NCBI GenBank assembly: GCA_963920595.1
Contig: OY986946.1
Coordinates: forward strand, 8,122,001-8,186,000
Length of the DNA stretch: 64,000 nt
Reading direction: 5' to 3'
Source: Eimeria praecox
Taxonomy: Eukaryota
Shown: positions 21,301 to 33,153 of the stretch, one piece after another
Layout: each line of letters starts with the position of its first letter
How positions within the stretch are numbered: the first letter of the stretch is position 1
Made by a program: the position numbers and the translations under genes
Notes under the pieces: generated by a model
Databases searched by the model: none
What the model was told of the DNA's origin: nothing
Seen by the model: the letters and a program-made list of their open reading frames with translations, nothing else

Positions 21301-23116
21301 GCATGTTCGACCACTTGTCTTAAGCGAAATTCACGTCCTGGGGGACAAAGACAAGGGCAGTTCCCAGTGCAAGCAGGACCCGAACAGTGAGCATGCATCT
21401 GCCTTTTGCCGTGTGCTTCTGAGGATAGTATGGTTGGCTTTCATAAACATATTTGCACCGTTATTACACCACAGTTCCAGGGATTTGTCGCTGGGTCTTT
21501 CGTTTGTGCAGACGCTTCAGCAACGGAGGCATTAGCGCTCATTAGGTGTGCTGAGGACCTTATTGTTAGTGGTGAGGGGCCAGGATTTGTTGAGAAGCAG
21601 TTTTTCAGGTATTTCAGGTCGGACAGCTATCAAGCAGAAGCCTGCAGGCCGCACATACCAGAAGGCATGAAACCAGCACAGGGCAAGTACCTTCTCCTCC
21701 GCTACGCAATTGCGAAAGTCGAGGATGAGTACGGAAAAGAGCCCACTGCGCGAGGCACACATCTATACCTTCGCGACTTGCGAAGAATGGAAGAAATCAT
21801 TGTTAACACTGAGCCTGTCAAGGCGCTCACTGTTGTTGACTCCCACAGCGAGAATGAAGGTAACTCAGTAATATCCGTGTTGCGTGTATCCGCTTAGCCT
21901 GTCTTAGTTATTTTGAAGTTTCGATATGATGGCGCAGCTTCATGCATTTACATCGTATCCGAACAGAATACTTCATTAGCTCAAAGTCAGAGTGAAAGGA
22001 ACTGAGGTCTTAGTTGAAATGATAACCTTATGCAGCTGGAAAGGCGTGGGCCTACATTAGCACAGCAGTCCGAATGCATCAGTCTCTGTATGGCCTGCTC
22101 GTTGCGGCCTCACATCTTCTGCACTGTTGCTCATGGCTATCACTTTTTAATGCTGTTGTGGCGCAACTTTTTCTTCAGGGAAGGAGTCCGAATGCTTACA
22201 AAGTGCACAAAAGCTGCCCGAAAGATCACCTGAGGAACGGATGGAGCGCCGTTTGCCTCTCACCATTCTTAGTCTTCCTTCAAGTGCTCCGCGGCAGGAT
22301 GCAAGACAGCCTCACCGCGAGGCATCTCCTCCATTGCACCCCCCAGTGCACTCTGAGGGCTCCAACCGCGTGTCCCCGGGACTAGAGTTCCTGCAGCCCA
22401 CGCCGGTAGAAAAAGAGAACTCTCCCCGGAGTAATAGCAGAGGAACCTCTTCCCCCCTGCTTGACACCATGAGCCTACCGAAACCTCTTCCTAGTCTCGG
22501 TCGGTCCGGACAGGGCTTCGAGGAGCTGGTCACGGCGGAGCAGCCAACAGGAAGTTCAACTGAGGAGGTGAGACAGCCCTCGAGAGCGTTATCTTCAAGT
22601 TCTGTTTCCACTGTCTTGGCGGCGGTACCTTCTCTTCCTGATGTCCCCACAGCGGTCGCTGGGCGGGAAAGCGAGACAAGCAACAGCCACACCTCGTCGC
22701 GGCAGGTGTCTCTGCCAACTCCACCACTTGCGCGCGCATCCTCATCTGCTTCTTCAGCCCAGTCCACTGCCCTGTCAGGGTTGCTGGCTCTGCGAAGAGA
22801 CAGCTCATCTTGTGGCAAGCTGTGTGGAAAGTCCCAACAGTCGGAAGGGGGCGACCGCTCCAAGCTGCTGATGCCGAAGGGAAGTCTAGATTCCATTTTG
22901 ATAGGAGAGAAGGGCTTGAAGTTGAGCAACCGGAGCATTGTACGTGACTCTGTCAGTGGTGAAGTGACCTCTGTAGTATTTGAAGCCCCTAATAACCCCG
23001 CGGGGCAGTCTATACTGGACGCAGCAACTTTTGCGGCGATGAAGGGAATTACTACTCCTCGCTCCCCTGGTCTGAGCCTCGCATCGTCGCATGCGGATGA
23101 GAAAACATCTTTGTAG
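18310..23116 (+). CDS. Multi-exon hypothetical protein, Ser/Pro-rich C-terminus; start and several boundaries uncertain
   Basis: Exon-like segments with AG/GT flanks at about 19528-19731, 20135-20415, 20522-21400, 21511-21859 and 22178-23116 (stop TAG at 23114-23116). No recognised domain. Confidence 0.5.
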
Positions 23117-23773
23117 GTATGCCTCCGAAGAGCCTTCAGCCTCCGTGCAGAGGGTCGATAATGAACGGGGTACATCCCACAGTCCAAATTGCCAGAACGA
23201 GAATTACGGGGGGTGGTCCTTTACGCGTCAAACAGGGGATACCGTTCCAGCGAGAATAATCTGTCGGTGTGTGGTGTTTCTTTTGCCATAGCTGGAGCAG
23301 TTGCTCTAGAGTGGATGCGTTCATTTATTCTCGGAAGTGGTTTGTTGAGGTGCGGAAATAGGCGTTAACGGTGCCCACCGGGTGTGGCCTTGCAGGCCTT
23401 TCCATAAATTTCCGGCAGTTTTACAACTTATTTCAAACCGGGAACTTTCGCGTGAAAGAAAGAGGATGGCTCCTGATTTCGTGAGAGGCCTGCTGAATTT
23501 ACAGTTGAATTTCTAAAGGTGTGGCGGGAGACTAAAGCAGTGAAACAGTCCGCCTAGGCTATTTTGCTTGAGCGTTCACATTGTAGAGCACAATTTCTGT
23601 TGCATTCTTCAGGGGTTCCCGTCACGATGTCAATGTTAGAGCTTGCAGCTGTGCATAGCGACAGCTTGAAATCCAGTAAAAATGAACGGGGAACGATATC
23701 CTATGTCTAGCGCAGGGAGGGGGCATCGGGCCTTGCTCGTTCCTACTGTACCATAGTTTGTCAGGAGCAGGAA

Positions 23774-23830
23774 AAACGAGGGACCGCGTACTGAACGCAG
23801 TAGATGCGTTCAGTACGCGGTCCCTCGTTT
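23774..23830. repeat. Perfect 26-bp inverted repeat with 5-nt loop
   Basis: AAACGAGGGACCGCGTACTGAACGCA (23774-23799), loop GTAGA, exact reverse complement at 23805-23830. Confidence 0.97.
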
Positions 23831-24408
23831 CTCGAGTATAGAAAGCAAAGTGGATTACTCACCTGATAGCCTATTATAAAGTACCGGGCAGAAGCGTTGC
23901 TCGAAGATCGTCTGTCTGTGCTTATTTTAAGCTCAGCCAGAAGTTATTTGAATCGATCGGATTTTCCTTAGGCGACTCGTTACGCAAACAGAAGAGACTA
24001 CTGAGGGTCAACGAAGTGTTTAACATATTAACCTCGCACCCAGAAGGGGCTTCGGCGTGTCCAAAGGTGTGGCTGCTTGGCACCAAGAGTTGCATCAAGG
24101 TGCGCTGCAACTCAAGAGAGGCAGCCTCCTTTCCGCACCAGCACCTGGATTTCCAGGCGGCGTCTCGAAGATGCATGAGCATTGCAGGGGGGGCAGCTGC
24201 TTTTGGAAATTTGTTCTTGTAAGTATTCTTACTACAGCAGCTCACGACCCCCCTCAGCTAAGATCTACGGTTCTAACTACAGTTCGTAGCATCGCATTGT
24301 TGAGAAGCAGCTGCCCAACCAGTTGCAGAAGGGGAGGGGCTGCTCGAAAGTATGACGAAAATAAAAAGATTATCGGCAACAGTGCCTAGCTGGTCATAAG
24401 GGGCATGA

Positions 24409-24411
<3 letters not shown>

Positions 24412-24497
<86 letters not shown>
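24412..24497. repeat. (AT)n microsatellite, about 43 units
   Basis: Directly visible. Confidence 0.98.
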
Positions 24498-24500
<3 letters not shown>

Positions 24501-25829
24501 TACCAGCACGCGGCAGTGATTGTCAGCGATGGATTAGGTGCTGCCCAACGTTAAGATGAGCCCTGCACGCTGAAGCTTTGAGCTGCCGCCAATGAATGGA
24601 GGGAGCGGCGTATGCGTTTCTTGAGAATAATTTGGCGGGAGCAATTCACAGAAACCTTGGGCTTTCGCTTTCTAGGCTTAACAGAATATTCTCGCTTCCT
24701 GGGGCCTCTGCGCTTTCTTGCGCCTGCATGACGGATCTCAGTCTCCTCCATTTGCACCTTCTCACAATGACGTTGCCATCTCAATGTGGAACAAAATTAA
24801 CGAAAATTCGGGGAGTACCTGGGCCGCTTTAGAAGCTGGTACTAATGGTATGGTGGCATCCCCATGCTGAACCAGCATATGTACAAGCTAGGCCAACTAG
24901 CTGACCCGGCAGCAAACAGAGAAGTTCCCTATCCAATGCGTGGTGAATTTCTCCAGCTGGTTGCTGCCCTGCGCCATTCGCAGGGAATGCGAGTCCAGGA
25001 GAATCAAGTGGCCACAGTTGCAAGCAACTGACCAGTGTTGTTTGTCACATTTCTGCGCCTATGGCCCCTCTGCTTTCTTCGTGTATTCCAGCACAAAACA
25101 TTTAGGAAAAGAACTTCCCCCAACTACAACAGATCTCCTCTCCATCCTCCACGCGTCCTCTCCGCATCCGCCCAACATGGGGATGGCGGGGGCGCGGAGC
25201 AGTCTTTAACAGGCTGCAACTCACATTGCTGCACGTAGTGGTTCACGGTAGCCCGACATGCGCTCACAGCCTATCCACCCCTTTGCAGCATATGCTAACA
25301 TTCTAGCCCGTAATGTAGATGGTGCTTAAGCATTCCCCCTCCATAATCAGTCTGCAAGCAAGTAGAGGTACGAGTACCAGCATCAGCCAGGCCGCGCTAA
25401 GCATAACTGGCATGACTCCCTCCTCTCTCCCAAGTGGAGGGCATCCTCGTTTGCTTGGGCATCGGCAGAGGCAAAAAGAAAGCAAAATAACAAGGGAGCA
25501 CGCTGCCAGCTGGCTGCTCCTGGCTACGGACGCTCCCAGTGGGGTGTCACTGCTCAAGAGCGGCATTTTGCACAGTTTAGTTGGCTTGGTAGCCGCTTTT
25601 TGTGAGGGCACCAGAACGAAGGGAAAAGCATGTAGGAATCTACTGCCACTGCGTAATATCCGGGAGAGAGTGGGCAGAGGGGGCCCGCGGCAAAGGGGCA
25701 GCTACACCATAATAAGTGTTAACGGCCACTCCCATTTAGTCCTAATTACGGTGGAAGCTGTAGATGACGGATGAGCAAACCCCCGCACAGAATGGCACGG
25801 AAATAGGCGCAGGTATGAGCATGGTTAAC

Positions 25830-27090
25830 GTACAAGGGTGAGAATCGCGGAGGTGACGGAGTACGTACGCATCAAAGAGAGGCAAAGAACTGGTTGCACC
25901 CCCTTAGCTAGAATGGAAGGAAGCGAGTTAGGCAGTGAAGCGAATACAGAGCCTATGGACATTGGAGCTCTTAACGCGACCCCGAGTGGAAAGGGAGAAA
26001 AACGCAGCAACCGTCAGCAAGTGATGAATCCTGCACCCAGAAAGCCAGAGGAACGCTCTGACGGACGCATTTGTCTCTTTCGCATAACAGAATGCCACAT
26101 GATTCGCGATTGCAGACGCAGGAAAAAAGCTAAGGAACCGGAGAACTAAGACCTCGAACAGAGTCGCCCAAGAAACAAATCAAAGCGATCAAGGAAACGC
26201 CTCAGCACCTATGCGGCTGCGGCGCATCGGTGGTGATGAAGGAAAGAGGTCATAGCCGCACCTGCAGACCTTTCTTGATTCAAACCATTGCTTAGCCAAA
26301 GCCTTATTAATGGCTAAGAACTGGTGCTCCTGTTTGGCGTCGGAAAATCCGTTGAGTGAAGCCGCGACGAAGGTGTCCAACCTATCACTCCATTAGTTGG
26401 CGTAGTCGCAGAGGCTACGCGAATGAATGGCAGATAGAACACGATAATTGCTAAAGCTGTGGGCCTAAAATGCAGGCTTAATTCAGAAATGAGTCGCACT
26501 ACAATGACACGGGACTTTATCTTGGATCCGTTCAAAACAGAATAATCCTAGGCATGCAGTGCTTCACTCAGTAGAGGGTGAGCATGCGGCCTCCAGAGGA
26601 CACCGTTGAGGTATTTGCGCTGGAGAACAATGAGAGGGTCCATTTATCACCTCCACCAACAGCATTCGCATCATCTGCAGTAAAAGGGAAACTAGTGTCC
26701 CAAGGATGCTCCTTCGCAGTGCGGAGGGACTGCAGAAAATGAAGGCGAAATTCGTGTGCGCCATTGTGATGATCTTAGGATGGTTGCAGATGTGGACGAT
26801 TCGATTCATGTAGCACCTTTCGAACAGAAGAGATTGGCACGATTCAAACAAGATTTCTCAGATGCTCCGTGCAACAAAGATCTACCAATGGGCCGGCCAT
26901 CCTCTGAGCGGTCAGTGCACAGCATCTCACTCATTCTCGGAGCAGCCTCAACGTTTGTTTCAATGTATCGGCGACCCGCACATCTTAAAGAGGAAACTGA
27001 GCGAAGCACGGAAGATGGTGGATGCGTGCCCACCTTTATGCTGGCCTTCAAAAATGCTCCAGCAAGTGATCTGAATATTTCCTAATTCTA
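25830..27090 (+). mobile_element. Degenerate Ty3/gypsy-type LTR retrotransposon gag-pol relic
   Basis: Gag-like EPMDIG (~25950) and decayed CCHC knuckle C-LF-R-ITEC-H-MIRD-C (~26072-26113), ending PEN* at 26149. Protease-like TFLDS (~26270) and IILGM (~26545). RT N-terminal-like FKQDFSD..LP..ERSVHSISLILGA..FVSMYRRPAHLKEE, followed by FKNAPA (~27050). Interrupted by stops, frameshifts and deletions. Confidence 0.75.
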
Positions 27091-27943
27091 CCGGTAAAGC
27101 AGAGAAAAGCAGAGTGGGTTTCAGAGAGGCAACTGCGGGAAGCCATTCCTTTGAAGGATGTACGAGTACTTGTTGACCCACCGTCAGCCAATGGAAATGT
27201 AGGCGTTCACAGCGCAGGTTGAAAGTGGGCGTTGAATAATTATTCGGCAGCCGTTCCTGGAGCAGGAGGTGCACATGCTTTTCAAACTATGTGCTCTCTA
27301 TGGCCAACTATTTTTGGGCGCTACTCTTCCGTTCTTTTGCTCATAGCTAGCTGAGTGAGGCTGCCAACATTGCTTTGTTATTTCGGGCCGGGCTCCACCC
27401 TTTGGAGCCTCACGGACAACCCCAAACTACCGTATGTCGCTACAGTGTAGGGGGATCCCCCAAGCGTGTGTGATAATCTGTACGGGGCGAGATTTGCTGC
27501 AGGGAGTAAGGCTCCAGCAGCAAGGCAGCTGCAGCAGCCACTACTGGGCAAGCTGGGGCACATGGTCCGAATTGCACCGAGTAGTGAGGGCTGCGGAAGG
27601 CAGCAGCATGAGAAACAAAAGCAGCAACTGTACAGTCCCAGAAGCACCACCAACAGCTTTTCCATCCTCCGAAAACCCCCCCGTTGGCTGCACTTTATCG
27701 AATTTATTTGACTTAATGCTGTTTCTCAAGCGTTGGGGCCCGACGACTTTACGCTCCCTCGCCCAGCTCCTGAAAGGATAGCGGCGGCCGAATGCTGTAT
27801 GAGCTAGTGGCAATTTGCAGTGGGGTTTGTCTGTATGCCTTTCGTGTGTTTTGCTTTGCTCTTTGCCATATTTTGCTGGGATAATTTTCCTTGTCTTTGA
27901 TTTAAATATAGCCTCTCCATCAGCAGGCAACTGGCCCCCCTAG

Positions 27944-28769
27944 TGTAGTGCACGACCACTACAAAGGGCTCTCCGCTGAGTCTCTGACGAGTAAATTCTT
28001 CATAAATCACACTAGAAAGTATAGTATATAATAGGGAGCTTTTAGACCACTATTGTGATCGAATGGGCAACCTAGGCCTACAGCCCTTAGGGTTGGGGGC
28101 TGGCTGTAGTGCATGGGCACTACAATGGGCCTCCGACGTGACCCCTCGGGGCCAGAGAGCTCGAAAGGCCTAAATAGGATAGAATATTTAAGGATTAAAG
28201 GCTTATATAGAGAAAGGGGATAACCTATTAGGATCAGAGGGCTCGCTAGCCCACACCGGCCATGGGGCTGGATGCGAGGTTGGTGCTGCGACGCTGGCAC
28301 GGACCCGCTAGGTGGGTCGAGAGTCCAGTTCTATTATTCTGGGTTTCCTACCTAACAATAATACGAACTCGTGTTTTAAGGCTACTCACGACGAACAGTC
28401 GATGTTTGATTAGGAACGAGGACTGCTGCCAGTAGATCTGAGGAGTGCACCTACCAGAATTGCTTAGAGAACTTACGTAGTAACAGTGTAACCCGGCTGT
28501 TCACTACACTGGCGGTCCCGCAACGTTTGCCTCGTAGAAAGTGAGGAGCGTGGTCCTACCTCTCTTTGAGGAGAGGCAGACGTTTTAGGAGATACCTTTT
28601 AAGAAAAGGCTTTTTAAGAAATCGGCTTTGGACTTTTAACGGCGTTTGGTATTTGATCCTGTCTAGTAAGGTGCTGGCAGAGATATGAGTTACCTAGGTA
28701 GTGTGCACCTAAGTTACGCAGGCCAGCGTTTCATGTACTGTCAGCTGAGCGACTAGGCTGTTTACTGCA
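27944..28769. mobile_element. Outer (older) solo LTR, about 417 bp after removing the nested insert
   Basis: Begins TGTAGTG at 27944 and ends GGCTGTTTACTGCA at 28769 (12/14 match to the inner LTR end). Flanks CCTAG (27939-27943) and CGTAG (28770-28774) form a 5-bp TSD with one mismatch. Confidence 0.75.
28105..28508. mobile_element. Inner (younger) solo LTR, 404 bp, with perfect 5-bp TSD
   Basis: TG...CA termini with 7-bp terminal inverted repeats TGTAGTG/CACTACA. Flanked on both sides by CTGGC (28100-28104 and 28509-28513). Confidence 0.88.
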
Positions 28770-30732
28770 CGTAGAGCCCACACCACCAAAAAGCGACCAG
28801 AGCGGCATGCTTTCTCTGCAGCTCCTGGCAATTCTATAAGGCCACGCATCTCGGGGTTGCAGTTCAGCGTAACCCCAAGGGCATTCTGCACGTATTTTTG
28901 TACGCAGAAAGGCAGCCGAGAGGGCTTCCAAAGGGCAGCGGCGGCAGCATCCATAGCGTCAGCAGCCAATGCACTGGACGTATCACCAGTAGCAGCAGCA
29001 GTGGCAATAGTATCACCGTGTCGTAAGCCGTTCTCCAGCAGGAAGAGGCTGGAGGACTGGAGGAGAGAAGTTGGGGGCGCTGGCATTCGACAGGCGGGTT
29101 CATGGGTGTTTGCACATCTGGATCGGGCGATTGGTTTGTTATCTTCTGCAGCGGAGGCATCTGAGTTGTATGCGGGGGAGGCCCCTTTAGGAAAAGTTCA
29201 TTATTTTGCAAGTGCTGGAACAGAAGTGCATTTGGGGCCTAAGGGTTTTTGAAAGGCTTTGCTTGCGGGGCCCAACGCGAACCAGCAGCCAGTGAGGCGA
29301 TGCCTCCCTTTACTTAATCTGGGGAAATTTTTGAGATTTGCCATTATCTTTCGCCTTTGTTGTTTTATAGCTGCTGCCGCTACTGATACTGCGGGTTGTT
29401 CGAACGCGCAGACAGCAGATATAGCAGCACACGCAGCAGCAGAGCTTGCAGTTCTAGGAGTGAGAGCTTCAACAGCCAACGGTGCAGCATTTAGTAGCAG
29501 CAAGTAGTAGTTGGCATATTAGCGTGATCACTGGGGTGTGTGCTGTTGCTACTCCCATCCCTCTTTACTCGGAGGCTAGTACTTATGGAGGGCCACGTGA
29601 ATGTTAACGACTGTTAGGTCACAGTCTACAATCTCTTCTCATGCAACAGAAGGACTGGCTGTGCCTGCATGTTGGTCTCCCTTGCGGCATTAGGTGCAAT
29701 AAGGTGCCCTGCAGCCCATGGCCCGCTACCTTTTGCCCTCACCAGCAACAGGCTCTTTGGCCGCTTTGCCCAGCTGGCTAGGAAACTAGGGGAGGTGACC
29801 AGCAGGTTTAGTCGAACTCTTTTATTAAATCCTTGGCTCTATTGCAGCTCGCAACTGCCCTTGGCTTTAAATTGAGGAATCGCCTTACAGAACCTCAAGT
29901 GCATGATGCGTAGCCTAGCCCCCTTTACTCCCTTCGCTAACACTTCAGGCCTTTGCTAGCCATTTGTATAACCCTCCACAGCCAATATGCGAACAAACAG
30001 GGACAGGAGTGCGAAATGCGAACTCCACACAGGCCACGTTACAGGACAAACATTCCTCATTACCCCTCACTGGGGTTAGGTGAAAACAGGACTGCCGGAG
30101 TGGTATTCTAACATGCTGCATAGTCTGTCAGGACTCACAACATAAGCAAACGGACTGAATCAGATTTCATTTCTTCTAGATATGAAATGAATTGTACGCT
30201 GACTTATCAAGCCCCATATACTGCCATAGGCGGCCTCTTCGTCCTATGTATTCACAATTCGCTAGATAGTTATAAGTTTGAGCTTGCTTTTACCTTGTTT
30301 TATTTTGGTCTACGTTGGTTTAGATTTTTTTCGCGCATTTCTAGGCTGCTTGTGGTGCGCTGCACTACAATCGGTCGGATTCCGAGTCCGTTCGGCTGGT
30401 ACGCGGCGCATGCGATCGGCCCTTGTTGGTTGTTTTTCCATCACAAAGAAGTCGTCGGTTTATATAATCCTTTTAATAATTCGATTATTTTGGGGAATCT
30501 GATATGCGTAATCTTGTCCACTTGCTCGCCAACAACGCTGCGCCGTCGCTGCCGCTGGGTGGGCTAGTCGTCCGAGTAGCTCGCCTGAACAATCCACACC
30601 ACACTGACTAGAGGTAATATTATTATGCTGCTTTACGCGTTTCCATTTTCCTTCCAAAGTAATAGGAGGAAGCTGATGCGTTGAGCAATAAAATACGACT
30701 GGGGGGAGGGCGGGTGCAGTCCACGGGTTGAG

Positions 30733-31359
30733 ATGATGACGGTGAATTGGGCACTGGCGATATCCGTCTTGGGTTTGTTGGTGACTTCGTGGTATTACGT
30801 GAATATGCTGACATTGACGCAACAGCTGCAGCAGGCGAACACGTTGAACGCGATGCACGCGGAGTACTCATCTTCCAAGACATTGGAAGCCTTAGAAATA
30901 CTTGAAGAATTCATCGACGAACGAGGTGTTGTGAACTATGCGTTCGACTTTCTAGAGTTAAGGAGGAAAAGGGACGCAAAGGGTCGGGCCATAGATCGCG
31001 CGCGCCGACATCTCACTCAGTGGTTTTCTCGTGTTCAGTACTTCTATGAATTTGGGTATTTGAAACATGAATACATCTTGCGTTTCCCAGGGCCTGAGAG
31101 GAGCCGCCATTTCTTGCACCTAATCGAGCCCTTAGAGTTCATCAGCCGAAGAGCAACTGGCAGAAAGCACTCTGGCGTATTCGACTTCCTCAGAGAGGTC
31201 TATCAAATGCCACACGTCCGCCTCTCCGATGAATTCAGGCAAACTGTTGAACAGATGCTCCCCATTCAAGGAGAAGACCAAACCTCAGAGGCTATACTCG
31301 ACGACGTCGGAGACGACCCACTTACGGATACGGAGGACAGAAAAAGAGAGGAGATGTAA
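30733..31359 (+). CDS. Intronless 208-aa protein with N-terminal transmembrane/signal anchor; DUF4760-like pattern
   Basis: Clean ATG-to-TAA ORF with globular-protein composition. Hydrophobic WALAISVLGLLVTSWYY segment, helical body EYSS..LEAL..IDRARRHLTQWFSRVQYFYEFGYL, acidic tail ending KREEM. Confidence 0.85.
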   Translation: MMTVNWALAISVLGLLVTSWYYVNMLTLTQQLQQANTLNAMHAEYSSSKTLEALEILEEFIDERGVVNYAFDFLELRRKRDAKGRAIDRARRHLTQWFSRVQYFYEFGYLKHEYILRFPGPERSRHFLHLIEPLEFISRRATGRKHSGVFDFLREVYQMPHVRLSDEFRQTVEQMLPIQGEDQTSEAILDDVGDDPLTDTEDRKREEM

Positions 31360-31666
31360 CTTGCCGCTGCTGCAGCTGCAGGAGCAGCTCGCGCATCAGC
31401 CTCAGCTATTGCTTCAACAGCTTCTGATTAACAAACAAGCAACGGAACACCACAGGACAGCCCCCTGCGAAAAGAGCAGCTTGATCGGCTCCACCTGCCG
31501 CTGCTGCCGCAGGTGATGAAGCCTCCCAGCATGTTGCAGCATCCAATGCTGTGGCTGTTTTGGTACCACAGGTGTACAGGCTTGCAGAGAAGCCTAATGA
31601 CGCTGACCCTTTTTTAGGTGGCATGCCGGTTTCGATAGTTTACATAAAAAAAGGCCCGGAGGGGTT

Positions 31667-31688
31667 GTGACCGTGACGTCACGGTCAC
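31667..31688. repeat. Perfect 22-bp palindrome
   Basis: GTGACCGTGACGTCACGGTCAC is its own reverse complement. Confidence 0.95.
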
Positions 31689-32150
31689 GCTTGTCCATGC
31701 ATTTTGCACACGTGCATGCATGTTTGCTTGCCCGGCGGGAGCCGCAACCGGCATAGCTCCCTGCTCAGTCTTCTCACCTCCCCACCCTAACCATTGTATG
31801 CAGTTCATGCAATGCTGCCCCAGTAGTGCAGAGAACACCACGTATGGGAGACAGATGCATCGAAAGGTGGCTACGCCCTCAAGCCGCACGTTAAATATGC
31901 CACTGCAAGCAGCAACAGCAGCAATTGTGCATTGCCCTCTGCCCTCTGCAGTGCGACTGAGAAATATGTAGGTGGCAGGGAAACCGCAAGAAGACGGAGG
32001 CCCCAATGAGCACACTAAATGAACCTGTCGAGTTCAAATAGCCCTAGCAGTATATATTCATGTGCAATATATACACGTGAAGACGGCAGAAGCCCTATAA
32101 CTGCTGTGATACGTTGTGGTATGCATATATGAAATTAAGGCCCCTCCTTG

Positions 32151-32595
32151 TCAGTTGCTCAAGAGGAGCTTCACAAACTCAGCATATTTAATGCGCCCGG
32201 TCTTGCTTGGGTCTGCATCATTAACCATACGCTCAACCTCTTCGTCCGTCAGCATATCTCCTAAAGTCTTTATTACCTAGAAAGCAAAAAAGACGGAGAA
32301 AAAGCACAAACAGGCAAGGTACAAACGACACAACAGAAGAAACGCGGAGCGCGAGCAAATGCGGCAATGAATACAGACTCTACAGGTGTGTGTAGGCAGC
32401 CCTATTATCGCAAACGCAGCATCTGTGCTAGATTCCAAATACACGCATGCACCTACAGTGGGTGCAGTATAGGGCCCCAAAATTTATTACCCCGAATTTG
32501 CTCTGGGGCTAAATATGCTGAACTGTTTGTTTCACCGGGTCTTCCTCTCTATCTATCTCTATCTACCTATCAATCTCTATCTATCTATTTACCTA

Positions 32596-32658
<63 letters not shown>

Positions 32659-33153
32659 TCTAAATATATGCGTATACAAGCAGATCCGTGCACACGGCTC
32701 CTGCTTACTTGCATGAGCTCGTCTGTGGAGAGAGTGCCATCTCCCTTCGTATCAAATACTTTGAATGATTTGATCAAGTCCGCCTCTGGATTGCTGTTGC
32801 TGAGTTTCTTGTTGACCCAACTCTCGAACTGCTCCCAGTTCATGGTCTGCAGCCAAAAATCCACAGCAGCAAGGCATCAAGAGATCCCTGCTGTGCTGGA
32901 TGATTTCATGAATCTTCCAACAGCCCTCCCTGTAGGCATGCATGCAGTTAAAGATTGACGCAAGTAGTGCAGTTCGCTGCTCGAAAAAAACCTTATTTCT
33001 CTGGCTCACGGCCGGGAGGCTGCTGGCTTCCTCCGCAGCGACAATAACCCCCGTAGAACGGATAGCCAGCAGCGCTTCGCTGGAAGTCAACTCGCCGTCC
33101 CCATCCCTGTCGAAAAGAGCAAAGGCTTCCCGGAGGCGTGGATTTGAACTCAT
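32151..33153 (-). CDS. ELC1: Calmodulin-like myosin essential light chain 1 (glideosome ELC1), 135 aa, 3 exons
   Basis: Exons 33153-33010, 32846-32709, 32276-32151 give MSSNPRLREAFALFDRDGDGEL..TMNWEQFESWVNKKL..NPEADLIKSFKVFDTKGDGTLSTDELMQVIKTLGDMLTDEEVERMVNDADPSKTGRIKYAEFVKLLLSN*. EF-hand pattern; closely parallels Toxoplasma ELC1 as recalled. Confidence 0.88.
32603..32655. repeat. (TA)n microsatellite in ELC1 intron 2
   Basis: Directly visible, preceded by (CTAT)-like repeats. Confidence 0.95.

Noticed and set aside
26398..26411. TGGCGTAGTCG resembling a tRNA-Ser primer-binding site
   Set aside because: Lies within the protease-like region and is not adjacent to any LTR end; probably chance.
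28509..28525. CTGGCGGTCCC after the inner LTR read as a primer-binding site
   Set aside because: CTGGC is better explained as the TSD, and the following sequence continues the outer LTR rather than gag.
27944..28769. LTR as the 3' LTR of the gag-pol relic at 25.8-27.1 kb
   Set aside because: It has its own flanking TSD and no polypurine tract before it, and I found no matching 5' LTR upstream.
27378..29503. Host gene on the minus strand disrupted by the LTRs
   Set aside because: Removing the LTRs and one TSD extends the Ala-rich frame only to WALGGPVAC*; no recognisable protein emerges.
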